Below, one piece after another: positions 1-13,334 of a stretch of DNA of 64,000 nucleotides (positions within the stretch are counted from its first letter, which is position 1; every line of letters starts with the position of its first letter). The position numbers and the translations under genes were made by a program. The notes under the pieces are model-generated. The model saw nothing but the letters and a program-made list of their open reading frames with translations, was not told the DNA's origin and searched no databases. This stretch comes from Bugula neritina (Eukaryota > Animalia > Bryozoa), in contig OZ037770.1 in assembly GCA_964035545.1 (NCBI GenBank), positions 5,900,729 to 5,964,728 of the forward strand, given 5' to 3'.

Positions 1-843
1 GATTGATTATTTCAAAATAACATGGATTCCTAGAATGTTTAATGAACACCGACGAGAGGCATCATTGACTGTACATTAACACCCCAGCAGCTAGTAGCAA
101 GAAGTATTTTTCAGTAATTTAAAAGTATTTTTGAGATTTAAATTTACAATTGATCATATAAAGAAATGGTTTGACAAAAAGCTGTCTCCCAAGAGCATTA
201 TTTGAAACATTAAGCAACCAAGTTCTGCCACAATTTGGAGACGCTTTGCAACAAGTGATATTGTCTGACTAACGCTGCCAACACATGATAAATGCTACTA
301 AATACTGTAAAAATTGAAGCAAATGATGCTTTCATTAGCAAAAGACCTGTTTTATGAACAATGGCTTTGCCAACAAGACGGTGAGCTTTGCAACACAGCT
401 AAGGAGGAAAGGAAAGAATGGAAAACAATGACATTAACTCTCAGATCTCAATCCTAGTGCTGAGTTCTTGTGTAGCATTAGTTACCACATTGCTACCAAG
501 CAATAGTAAGATGTTTGAGCTGATGCTACAGTTCAGGTATTGAGAAGCCTCCATAGAGTGACGTTCTCTAATACATTATATTATACATATAGTCTATATA
601 GACATATAACACAGTGTAGGTAACGGAATATCATGATATATTACTAACCATCATCAGGTACTAGAGAAGTGTACGTTCCTTGTGTGGTTCCACCTGGGGT
701 CATGTCAACTACAAGTATGTCATATAAGAGCCTAGATTGCTACATTTTTGGACAACCGCTTAATGAAATGCATTTCGTAATTTTTTCTATTAATCTCCTA
801 TTTCCCTGAATAAATGACTAGCATGATGGACGAACATATACCA

Positions 844-994
<151 letters not shown>

Positions 995-3900
995 GTTTTA
1001 ATATACTAGTTTGTAGGTAGAAAAGTATCATGAAATGACTATAAAAATAATACAACTCATCACCAAGTACAAGATAGGTGTACGTTCCCTGTGTGGTTCT
1101 ACCTAGGGTCATGTCAACTACAATTATATCATATAATACATGACATCACCTAGGGTCATGTCAACTTTAAATTGTAGTTCGCTGAAAGACATGAACTCCA
1201 GGACAAAAACCAGGTATTTTTAAACGTTATTTGCTCATTTTTAATCAATTGATGAATGCTATTGCCATGTGTGATTTCAGTTTTTATTTATATAGAAACA
1301 ATAAGGGCTTACCATACGCAATGTGTTCCCTTATGACATCATAATCTCCCATTGTAATATCATTTGCTGCTATACTTTGTCTCTGATTTCCCTGTCTTTG
1401 CCTTCAAGTAAAAGCATTTGGTATTCTTGACTGTTTGACTGACGATCTCAATGCACAATCAATTATATAATGATTGGATGAATAGTAAAATATTTCGATG
1501 TAAATAAATTGGGAACAAAATCAAATTAGCAAAAAGGTTTTATAAAGGCAAATAATCTCTTCAGTGATTATCAATGTTGCTACTCTAATTTTTTTTCATT
1601 ATTCCTTTTGTTTTCTTATGCCTCAAATATATGTGCTGATCATGTAAGATTTTTAGCAAGTTATTGACCTACATGTATGTATTTCGCTGCATAATAAAAA
1701 AGTCAGTTTGTAACAAAAGATCAATTTTTATTTTTTTTAAACTGGTGTCTATTGTATCATAATTATTGAAAAGCTGTTTGTGTAATTTTATGGTATTGCT
1801 GTGCTGTTCTAAATAGTTGGCTCACGTCTATTTGTTATTGCGTAACATATATGTTTTAATATCCATCTATAGTCAAGTTTTCAATGCATGCGAAATAGAA
1901 AAGTTTTTGCTTAATTTTTTTATAATTTTGAACTATTGGTATATAATATCTAGTATAAAAATTTACATATCAACCTACTGGTTAGTATATTTTAAGCTCT
2001 ATCCATGTTTGGATTGAGCTGTAATTGATTAGTTACTTTTTTACATTCAGTATGTTAAAATTGTGCTACTTTATGAAGTGAGAATATAACTATACCTTCT
2101 CAAAAGGAGGCTCACAGCTACAACCATTCCAATGAGTAACACAATGAAAGCTGATACGATAGAAGCTAGTAGTTCTACTCTTATAGATATTCTGGCAGTT
2201 GTTTGGGTTTGCTCTACAAAATGAGGTCATCAGTTTCATTACAATACTTAGTCACAACAGGCAAACTACACCATCATATAGAGATATACTTGTGATGAAC
2301 TTACTAGTCATACTCTTGACTGAATCTGCTTTGATATGAATGTTGGTAGCTGTGTGAGTAGTTGTTGTGTCTGTGTTGGTAGAAATACCTGGATTAGAAA
2401 TGGCATCATTACAATGTACATTACCTGAGGTTTAATGATCAAAAATATAATGAAGATACATAGCAGCAAATATATGCAATTTCTTAAGCTTTGATAATGC
2501 AAAAATTATTTTATCATGTGCTTATTATTATAATATACGTGTAATATATAGTCACTTTCTTTTGGTAAAATGATGGCTATAAAAAGAATTGCTCAATGAT
2601 TTTGTTTATAAAGCTTGAATAGAATGTGCCAACAATTTGATGATAGCTTTGCAAATACGCTATCGCTGCATGTCCGAGGATCGCATTGTAATTCGAATAG
2701 ATTTTTCATTTGCATAATGGACACAGTTTTATCCAAGGAGACTACAACAATAAGTTAACGCATACCACAACCACAAATTAATCCATATGACATCCATGAT
2801 GTGCAGTCATGGAACTGCAGTGTGTAAGACTTACAGCGCATGGCTGAGTATTGTCTGCGAGCAAAGAGAAAAGAGAATTTGCTGAGAAATACTTACTTCT
2901 GGTTGATAAACCTGTGTATACTTTAGTATACAGTCCTGGATTAATAATAGCATAATTACACCACACTTCTGTTGGGTCATCTGTAAATATTAAATTAACA
3001 AATGTATTATAACAGAATGAATCAGTTAGCATCAAGTATTACTATACAGCATAGTAAACTAGCATTGAACTAAATACTGATAGTTAAACTCACTTGAAGT
3101 TACCTTCACATAAACAGCAGACTGACCACTTAGCTGAGTATTTTTCGCAAACACAAGTGTGAATTGATTAAGATTCACACCAAATTCGTGGGTTCTGTTC
3201 ATTGGTAAATAATAAGGATCGTCTGGGGGTGAGTCAACCCAACCAGCTCGACCAACTGGTCTGTACAAGATGCAAGAAATACTCATCATCAAAAAAGTGA
3301 GCCATTCTCTGTCTAACAAGAGTTATGTTTTGTGTAAACAACTGCTGATTGGCTGGTTTGAAGTCACATGAACAAGTTGCCTTTTTTGCTGCTGTGTCAG
3401 GTGAAGGTGTGGTTAGAAGTACAGACTGACTGGCAGGTATAGTCTCATATCTGTCTTCACAAATATCCAAGGTATAGTCTGAAATACAATATAGACCTTA
3501 AGTCCTTACTATATATACTGTGACAAAAGTGCTAATTTTATAGCACTGGCAGTAATAACAGTATTGTAGGGTTTATATTATTTTAATGCATACTCTGTAA
3601 TTCTGTTGAATAATTAATTCTGTTTTTTGCGTAAAATCTTCGTAAAATTCCGAGAAACACATGCAACATCATTTTCCTTTTTAAAGACTATATCTGACCT
3701 TGAATTTATGTAGTCATATTATGTTTCAGCAAAAAAGGACTCAAGAGAATGTGCCCAGGTATGTTAGTGATAAATTTCAATTACTACATACATATCTTAG
3801 AGCACTTCAAAATAAAGGGCCACTGCTGGTGAGGTAGCTCATGCTTGCAGTGTCCAAAAGAAGTAAAGAACTGATATTAATCAATGTTGATTTCCATTGT

Positions 3901-4207
3901 ATAACTATATTATATTGACTGTTGAGGTTATTTTAGACACAATGGTTATCTATCACATGCTTGCTTTAACAACAACTTTGTGGTTAAGATTTTCATTTTA
4001 AGAAATTTTTTACAAATGCCAATATTTCTTATATATTATGTTTTAATTATTTATAAATGGAGCAGGTGTTCAAGTAATGCAATTAGTCAGATCTACATAT
4101 AATACTTTGCCCTAATGCAACATTATAACAGTAAACAATTCTATTTAGATTATCTGTTGGCTAGCTAACTAAACCTTATATTCATTATGCAATTGGGCAG
4201 TACAAAC

Positions 4208-4427
4208 TTGGGTTTCTGTTAAAACCTTTTAAAGTAGCATAAACCCACATATGCATCTGCTACCAGGCAGCAACCATTGGGAAAAATTTGACCAGCCAGT
4301 CCATGTAACTTCTTGATTGGTATAAACACTATTTTCAGTAACTCATTGGGAAATAGCATTCGGTTGGAGAACTTAGTATTTACAGTACTTAGCTGTGTAT
4401 ATCAGAGAGTGTTGCGAGAAACCCAAC
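4208..4427. mobile_element. Possible small MITE in an intron of paralogue A
   Basis: Short inverted ends ttgggtttct / agaaacccaa. Confidence 0.35.
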
Positions 4428-5495
4428 TAAACAATTAAAATACACAATTGATTATTATAAATGTTTTGTGTAATTTCATGAGAAATAGCAGCTGCATGGT
4501 TGATATTACCAGTGAATAATTAAACTATAAAGTGCACTATAAAAGCTAAATTATGATTATAAATCTCCAAACTAGTAATTAAGATTGCCATAAAGCAGGT
4601 CAAACCCAGCACCTTATCTGGTAATGACTTAATCAGTTTGGTTGATTAAAGAATATCTTTTTCAGAAACAATTTTTCAGCTTTTGCAAACCTTCTAATTC
4701 AAATATTAGCCAGAAAAAAATTGTGGACAAATATTAAATATGAAAAATGTTATTAAATGATTGCAATACACATATTAATTTAAGTCGCACACACTATAAT
4801 ATTGATAAATAATATGTGTAATTTCATACCAGAATTGATGCAGGAAAACTTCACCCTCAGTTGGTTAGCTTTAGGATATCCTGTTTCACACTGTTCTTTA
4901 GGAACTGTAATATTTATTCCTTGAGGTCCTATGAAACAGGTCTGTTTAGCATAGCAGTTGACTCTGATTCTGTCTTCATTCTGACACACACTGTGCCGTC
5001 CATCCAGATACCCAGAGTTACGATATTCAGCACAGACCAGCTGAGTACATGGTACAGTACCTGAGTAATATTCCAGTGATATAATTTCTATCACTGAATC
5101 CTGTGGACAGGATATGCTTGCAGACTGTGAAAGTTCTCCAGAATTTGTATAAAATATATAAGTTTGTGTTTGAGGAGCTACAAAATTAAAAGCACAGGAG
5201 CTTAAAATTATTTTTATCATGCAATCAAAGTTTTACAAAATTATCCGCCTCCACATTGCCAAAATTCTTTGGAGACTTTTCAAAAAATTTTAAATAGCTG
5301 CATGGGCAGCTGCAAAACTATAACAATAACTATAACTATAACATAACTATAACTATAACAATTATAATATGTGCCCTAAATTTTCCATTCTATCTATAAC
5401 TTTAGATTGCTTTTCCAGGCTATTGACCAGGTTAAAATATACACTTTTATTATAGTTTATTCAATAGAAAAAGTTAATTTACCTGTATGATATCT

Positions 5496-5955
5496 AATTC
5501 ATTTTACATTATTTAGTACACAACAGCAAATTATGACCTAACAATAAAGTTTGCTCAAAATTTATTGAACTTTACTATATGTGGTATGTTTATGTGCTGA
5601 TTTTAATTATGCATAACAAAAAAGGCTGGAAAGAAATTCATCAACTTTGCAATATGCACTATAAATATAAATATGTGTTCGACCGTCACAAAAAAACCGA
5701 CCGTCACAAAAAAACCGACCATCACAAAAAACCGACCGTCACAAAAAACCGTGACAGTCTGCCAATCCAAATTAAATAAATAATTTGAAAAAGGTACTTG
5801 AGCAAAATTAAAAATAACCTTGATTATTTAGTTGTATTTATTGATATGCTACTAGTTTTGAACAAAAACCTATATACATCAGCAGCAAAATTGGGAATTG
5901 AGAATTGGGATTTTGAGTGTGTACTAAATTAAGTGAAATAACTAACCTTTATCTT
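5496..5955. mobile_element. ~460-bp insertion present only in copy A, containing 4x 18-bp (gaccgtcacaaaaaaacc) repeats at 5681-5755
   Basis: Absent from the paralogous site at ~44975; tatct occurs at both junctions. Confidence 0.5.
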
Positions 5956-7659
5956 TATCTCCATAATGTCTTAGAACAGCTATAATTTTGAACTTAGCAG
6001 TTTGTAAACAAAAGCATTCACATTTTTCAAATCAGAAAAAAAATTGGTGCTTTTGTTAAACTGAAGTAACTTACCAGACACTGCAAGTGCAGTCAGTAGC
6101 ACAAAGTTGAGAGTAATAAAAGGAAGTAAAGATGATTCAGATACTCCTAACATTGTTTTCTTGTTCAACCAATCAACTAAAACATTCAGTTGGTTAAGAT
6201 GGAAACACAAAAAATTTTTAGTCAACTGTAGGTTTCTTAATAATAAGAGTGCCAATGACGATTATACAAAGAGATATCAGGTAATCATAGTTTTTATCAT
6301 TATATATATATGTGGGTATATGCGAGATTCGTTTTTGGTTGATATTTTTTTAATACTATATATGAATGTATGTATAAGATGAGCTTTTTATATATGTATA
6401 AGATTAGTAAAGATGAACAAGAAATTTCCAACATTACCTTGTTCAACCAATCTTCTACAACATCCACTTTGAGAAAATAAAAGAACAGGATTACCTTATG
6501 TGGTTGTATAGATGAACTAAAAGTACTATAGTGCCAATAAGGATTTGATATTATTATAGTTCCTAAACACTGAGCCCACCAACTTGCTACAACCTATACC
6601 TATTTAAAAAAATGTTCTAGTAATCAGTTTTATTCACTCAATTTTTTAATTTGTCAAAAAAAACTTTTATGGTTCTCATCATTGAACAAAAAATTGCCAA
6701 TTGTATTTGCAAGGAAGCATTACCGAGCAGTAAAAGTTGCATGGTCTCAAAATCTTAGTTAGAAGATTGCTCTTAAAAAAGAGAAATTGCTTTAAAGTTA
6801 CAGAAATCTGAAAGTGAAACTACTTATCCATTAGAATTATTATGTTGATAGTAGACTTAGAGTTTCTTGTCATAAACGCATACATTGCAACAGTGAGAAC
6901 ATGACTAATACAATCTCACACATACCTGTGCTTGTAGATAGTGTCCTGTTACAGAAAACAGAGGGTTAGCTGCTAAGTAGTGAAAGTTGTGTTTATAATA
7001 TTAATGCAGCATTTGCTTTATACACAGAGAAACTACGTAGGAAGGTCAAATGTCATTACAAGGTCATATATATATATTTGTATACTAATCACAGTTGAAT
7101 TTGATTAAATTGAATAAAGTTCAACTTCAAGATAGGCTATGATCCCTAATGCATTACATATTTCAAGGATGACTACAGTATTGACTTACAGAAACGTTTC
7201 ACTAACAATTGAGCAAGTGATACAATCACAGTAGTAGTTTAAAAAGTCAAATGCTTTTTCTCATACGGCTGAAATCATTAGTAATTTGTATAAAGTAAAA
7301 GACAATTGTTATATCGTTGTGCCAGCTGATAAAGAATGACTGAGCGCTGAATTCATACAAGTTCTTATTTAAACAATAACTTTTACTCAGTGACTCAAAG
7401 ACTCTAGCTTCTTATGACTAAGCCTAAATGTAAAAGGAAGCATGTGTATTTGTCAAAAATATTAAACTATTATTGTGTTAGTAAGAAAACACCAATACTG
7501 TCCTCTTACAAAGCAGAACACAATGCATTGTAAAAGAAAGTAGTGTGCTTCACAGTATAGTGTACCTATAGCAGAGTGTAGGATGGTATACTACAGTATC
7601 ATACAGTATAGCATAGCAAAGTATAGTATAGCATAGCGTAGCATAGCAATGTAAAGGAA

Positions 7660-8842
7660 AGTATAGTGTAGTGTAGTGTAGTGTGGTGTGGTGTGGTGTG
7701 GTGTGGTGTGTTGTGGTGTGGTGTGGTGTGGTGTTGTGTAGTGTAGTGCAGTGCAGTGTAGTGTAGTGTAGTGTAGTGTAGTGTAGTGTAGTGTAGTGTA
7801 GTGTAGTGTAGTGTAGTGTAGTGTAGTGTAGTGTAGTGTAGTGTAGTGTAGTGTAGTGTAGTGTAGTGTAGTGTAGTGTTATAGTGTAGTGTTATAGTGT
7901 AGTGTAGTGTAGTGTAGTGTAGTGTAGTGTAGTGTAGTGTAGTGTAGTGTAGTGTAGTGTTATAGTGTAGTGTTATAGTGTAGTGTAGTGTAGTGTAGTG
8001 TAGTGTAGTGTAGTGTAGTGTAGTGTAGTGTAGTGTAGTGTAGTGTAGTGTAGTGTAGTGTAGTGTAGTGTAGTGTAGTGTAGTGTAGTGTAGTGTAGTG
8101 TAGTGTAGTGTAGTGTAGTGTTATAGTGTAGTGTTATAGTGTAGTGTAGTGTAGTGTAGTGTAGTGTAGTGTAGTGCAGTGTAGTGTAGTGTAGTGTAGT
8201 GTTATAGTGTAGTGTTATAGTGTAGTGTAGTGTAGTGTAGTGTAGTGTAGTGTAGTGTAGTGTAGTGTAGTGTAGTGTAGTGTAGTGTAGTGTAGTGTAG
8301 TGTAGTGTAGTGTAGTGTAGTGTAGTGTAGTGTAGTGTAGTGTATGGTAGTGTAGTGTAGTGTAGTGTAGTGTAGTGTAGTGTAGTGTAGTGTAGTGTAG
8401 TGTAGTGTAGTGTAGTGTAGTGTAGTGTAGTGTAGTGTAGTGTAGTGTAGTGTAGTGTAGTGTAGTGTAGTGTAGTGTAGTGTAGTGTAGTGTAGTGTAG
8501 TGTAGTGTAGTGTAGTGTAGTGTAGTGTAGTGTAGTGTAGTGTAGTGTAGTGTAGTGTAGTGTCGTGTCGTGTCGTGTCGTGTCGTGTCGTGTGGTGTGG
8601 TGTGGTGTGGTGTGGTGTGGTGTGGTGTGGTGTGGTGTGGTGTGGTGTGGTGTGGTGTCGTGTCGTGTCGTGTCGTGTCGTGTCGTGTCGTGTAGTGTAG
8701 TGTAGTGTAGTGTAGTGTAGTGTAGTGTAGTGTAGTGTAGTGTAGTGTAGTGTAGTGTAGTGTAGTGTAGTGTAGTGTAGTGTAGTGTAGTGTAGTGTAG
8801 TGTAGTGTATAGTGTACAGTGTAGTGTAGTGTAGTGTAGTGT
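7660..8842. repeat. (TAGTG)n pentanucleotide satellite with (TGGTG)/(TCGTG) variant blocks
   Basis: Direct; explains the HYTTL ORF. Confidence 0.97.
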
Positions 8843-9678
8843 ATCGAAATTCAGTTGATGTGACTTAGACACACTATTCACAATGCACTTTTTACAATAT
8901 ATAAATATACTTACAAACTTACTATACATAAAAGTGAATAGCTTGAGTCTTGCAGCTCCAATATTTCTACACACTATATAGAATCTGCTCAAGTTCCTCT
9001 AGCTAATTAGTTGATACAAAACATAATTAAGGTCGCCTTCAGTAAGTAAATATCAAAAATGTAGTGTCAATTCTTTCTTACAAAACTGCTCAACGTTTGG
9101 TAAGACACGGTTCTGCCTTTTTATTACTTTAAGTAGGTATAGAATAAACAATCAAATCCTTTGAGCCTAGGACTGTACTTCCTTCGCATATGTATGATTA
9201 CATTATCCAACCATCATGAAGGTTTTTATTTCTTTAAAGTCTAAACAGCCTCTTTCAATGAGTTTGTGCAATTGAAGTATTATTCTACAATGTGTAGTCT
9301 TTTCAATACATGCTGAAGCACTGGAATACAGTTATCAAAGGATAGTGAGTTATGCGGCTTTCAGATAATTACTTGCTATGAACAGGGAGTGTCATTCAAT
9401 AGCCTCATACTTACAGGTCAGCAGGTTAAGGTCACGTTACAACAGCTTTAGCAGACTGACACAGAAACATCGCTAACAACGGCATCATTGTAGGATTTTA
9501 AAAATTCCGAGTTTGAATTGTTCAGGTAGAAATGATCAAATCAGCCGAGGCTTCCAAGCTTGACTTTAGCTCATGTTTATTTATCCGATTACATATTAGA
9601 GACTCATTTTTAGTAGCAAAGAAACGCAGGCCTGATGCACATGCTGCAAACAAGTTGCTCAAACAGCATGGTTTATAC

Positions 9679-10014
9679 TAGGGGAGTCCAAACCTTTCGG
9701 ATCGAGGGCTACTGGAGAAGATTTTGGTGGCACAGGCCACATAGTCAGCTACAGCTTGTGCTGGGGGTTTACAGCGACAGTATTTTTCAAACTACTTTAT
9801 CCCAAAACCTCATGAATCGTTACACAATTAAGTCCCAATAGTTACTGCAGGCTGCATGTTTGTAGCATGTATATAAATAAGACATTTGAAAAGTGGTTTT
9901 GCACTTCAATTGATGTACACATGCAAAAACTAATTGTAACTTTATGCCTTGAAGGGCCACATAAATGTGGGGTGAGGGGCCACATCTTTTAGGGCCATCT
10001 GTTGGACAGCCTTA
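9679..10014. mobile_element. Degenerate hAT-like MITE
   Basis: Ends taggggagtccaa...ttggacagccctta; imperfect 8-bp flanks gtttatac/gtttacat. Confidence 0.45.
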
Positions 10015-11722
10015 GTTTACATTGTATAAATAATCTTAGCTTTTTTTTATTTTTTTTTTCAGTAATAAGTGGGATGTATATCCAATGTCATTTGCTGACT
10101 TCTATTGAAAAAAAATAAATAATACTATTTGTATACATGTATTGAAAAAAAGTCTACAATTTCATCTAACTATCTAAAACATTATTTTGTGCCAGTTTTG
10201 CAGCCTTGATGCAAATAAAAAACCAGTTACGCAAACAGCATGGTTTATAATTAAATTCAGCTGTCTGAGAATTTTTTTATTTCAGTCATTGGTCTGATGT
10301 ATTCAATGTCATATTTGCGTGAATTTGATTGGATAAACAAATATTAGTATTTGTTCATGCATAAAAAATCTGCCATTCTATCTAACTGCCTACATTAAAC
10401 ACTATTAACAATGAAGACTATGTCTCATATTTAATTGGATAATATATTGATTTAGTTATATTAGATTACGGAAACTGATTCAATAAACTTTGCTGCAGTT
10501 AAACGGCATTGCTACTTGGATATCACGATATTTTCGGCTTGCAGCAGGATAACCAGCACATTTTGAGTTATTATAACTGCTAAATCAAGCAAAGCCGCTT
10601 TATTTAAACAATTCATATAGTAAAATTATTAACTACATTATATGTACCCACTATAGTGTTGGCTGGGCAAATTTGGTAGAAATTATAATATAGGAGCTTT
10701 TTTAGTAGGAAAATGATAAAAAATGTTGAAGGCTTTATAATTCTGTTTTGAACAGGTTGTAAACAAAATCTCAAAACTATCATTTCTAGTTAATTCCTGC
10801 TCAAATTAGGAAATGAAGGGAGGCTTGCACCTGTACAAGATGTATAAATATACTGAAACTAAAACGTTCATATCCTTTTTAATCTACATATAATAGAGAC
10901 ACCATGCAGTAACATAACTTAACAAAAGGCTCATGAAAAATGTGTGCATGAAATAGATATGTTAGTGTAACAAATTGTTCATGGGAAATGCATGCGTGCA
11001 ATGGATATGCCCTGTGAAGCTATGGTCTCCTGCAAAAGTTATATTAAAAGTTATATTAAAAGTTATATTAAAAGTTATATTAAATGTATCAATAAGAATA
11101 CTAGCATGCATTTATAAATAGAGAAATTGTTCTGCAATGGTTAGTGTAATGTATAGGAGTTGTCCGTCTTGTATAGAAAAAGTCATCATTTATTAAAAGG
11201 TATAAGATAAAGTTTTAACTCATGTAAAATCAAAATGCTTTTCTAAATAATACAAATAATTTGTGTATAAAACATTATTTAAGGAAAATTTTAAATTTAG
11301 ATATTTCTACTAAACAAAATAAAAGTGTGAAAAATCAGCATCCAAACCTAAACAATAAGCTATTAACATTCTTTGTTTTTATAAATAAGCAATTTATAAG
11401 TATAGCTTAACATCATATTCCTTTATTTGATAACATATAATATATAATGCAGATTGTATAAGTTTCAACCAAATTAACAAAGCTCTCATTTATGATAAAA
11501 AAAGTGGTATTGTTTGTATACAAGGTAAGATATAAGTCAAATTCTAACTTTATAGAGTTTCAACAAAAGGATAGAGGGGAAATTAAGGTAAAAATATAGC
11601 TTAATTATACTGTTCAATAAACTATTTTGTGAGATAGAAAACAATATATATATACTATATTGTGATATATTTCTGTTATTAGAGTACTTGCATTATAAAG
11701 AATATTGAATGAAGAAATATCT

Positions 11723-11760
11723 TCAAGGTTCCTGTCTTCTTTGAACTGGTATAAGATAAT
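11723..11760 (-). CDS. Probable terminal coding exon of receptor paralogue B (DYLIPVQRRQEP*)
   Basis: gtttcag acceptor; the phase-1 join to exon 19283-19224 gives ..TDDDYLIP, a further Tyr motif, followed by AT-rich UTR-like DNA. Confidence 0.45.
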
Positions 11761-12677
11761 CTGAAACAGATTCAATTATAGCCGCAAAAGTTAAAATAAT
11801 TTAAGTTTGTAATTCTAAAAATAACATCATATATTTAAAAAATCAAGTCTAGGATTGTCATTCCTTAGCATGCAGCAGTATTTCTAATTCACTCGTATTA
11901 ATTTGGCTAACACCTTAACTATTTATATAATATTATGTTGAAAGTCTGGATTTGATTGATGAAAGCTCTAAGTTATCTTAAAAGTATTCTAAGGCTTATA
12001 CCTGCTTGAATATTATAGAAAGTTAGAAGAGCCAAAAATTTATTAATCAAAAAGCAACAACTGAGTTGGGAAAATTTCTGTGTTCAACAATCATGAACAT
12101 CAAACATCAATTGTCCTTGGGAAATACATGTGATTATGATGAGATTTCATTATATTTGCGCACTTGAGACAAAAATAAAAAATCTAAAAACTATAAAAAT
12201 TTGCTTAATAAATTGAACTCAGGTGATTTTGCAATTATTTATTGTGAATCGTATTTACTATAATTATGATCTAAACCATCTGCTATTACATGAGAAATTT
12301 GTTACTTAGATAATGATTAATTATTAAATATGTACTGCAATTGTGTATCACTGTGTTTCTGTAGAAACGAAAAAATCCGCATGGATGCCCGCGCGAATTA
12401 CATCCAGGAGAAACCACATGTTCCTATACAATCTGTAGAAAGTTGTCTGTTCTAAAAAAAGGCAACTCCTTTTCAATCGTGTCAACTGCATTCCAATTAA
12501 TATGACCAAAATTGAGTCAGTGTTAATGCTCACTGACAATCTTATCACAGCCTCTGCCGCAATTTTTACTAGATTTAAGTTATTATATATAAAAAAAATT
12601 GTCAGTTTTTCTGTGAATTGAAAAACCATAACATAATATGTAATGTTACAAAATAGGATGCGTGATGTTTACGGGAA

Positions 12678-13334
12678 TTATAACTTGTAGAAATAGTGTG
12701 TTCCACAGGGACAAAATGTAACGATAAAGTCTTGGGGCACGTGAATTTTCAGTCGTTTCATGGTGGAGAAAGTTCGTCGGCATTCGCTACACCTCCTATT
12801 GTCGTCGGCCCCTATGATAGCTTGTATCAAAGTCCTAGTCCTTTGAGTCATCCACGTCGTACGCCATAGCAAGGCTTGTGGCAATTCAATTTTTTCATTA
12901 GTGTGTTCAGTGGTGTCAACTTGCATAGTAGTCTGGTCAGTAGTCATAGTTGGCTGGTCCATTGTGGTCGACAAGTGTATGCCGGACAACATGTCTAACC
13001 CCAACTCAGACATGTCATCCCACGAAGTGGTTGGGGCGTCCAGTGATGCCTTTATTTCTGCAGATACAGGTACAGTTTCACCTGCAATAGAGTATCAGAC
13101 TCAACATACCGCGCTTGAATCACACTCTATGCAGAGAAACTCCACCCCGTCTATCAACCCACTGAATATTAAAATCATCTGGGCGACTATCTCACTCTAA
13201 GCCGTCAGTGAAATCATCTGACATCAGGAGATCAACTTCATCATTATGATAAAGTAAGACCAAACTCGGCTACCACAATGTAAATAGAATTCTCTAGTAG
13301 ACTTACCTTCTAAAACAGTTGCTGCATCAGCCGT
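12678..13334 (-). CDS. Spliced accessory ORF with degenerate C2H2 zinc finger at the 3' side of the Gypsy element (truncated)
   Basis: Exon 13334-13307 (GAAG|gtaagt) joins in frame to an exon starting at 13081 (ttgcag|G) that runs into ORF 12678-13013: CSECRRTFSTMKRLKIHVPQD..FCPCG. TATAAAAA at 13356-13349. Confidence 0.55.

Larger units (their letters stand above)
5160..9180 (+). repeat. Segmental duplication: 5' region of paralogue A, homologous to 44690-48820
   Basis: Long colinear near-identity, e.g. 6540-7060 versus 45540-46070 and 8843-9180 versus 48480-48820; homology ends after ttgagcctaggactg. Confidence 0.93.

Noticed and set aside
7973-8992. 339-aa HYTTL-repeat ORF
   Set aside because: Translation of the (CACTA)n satellite; no coding evidence.
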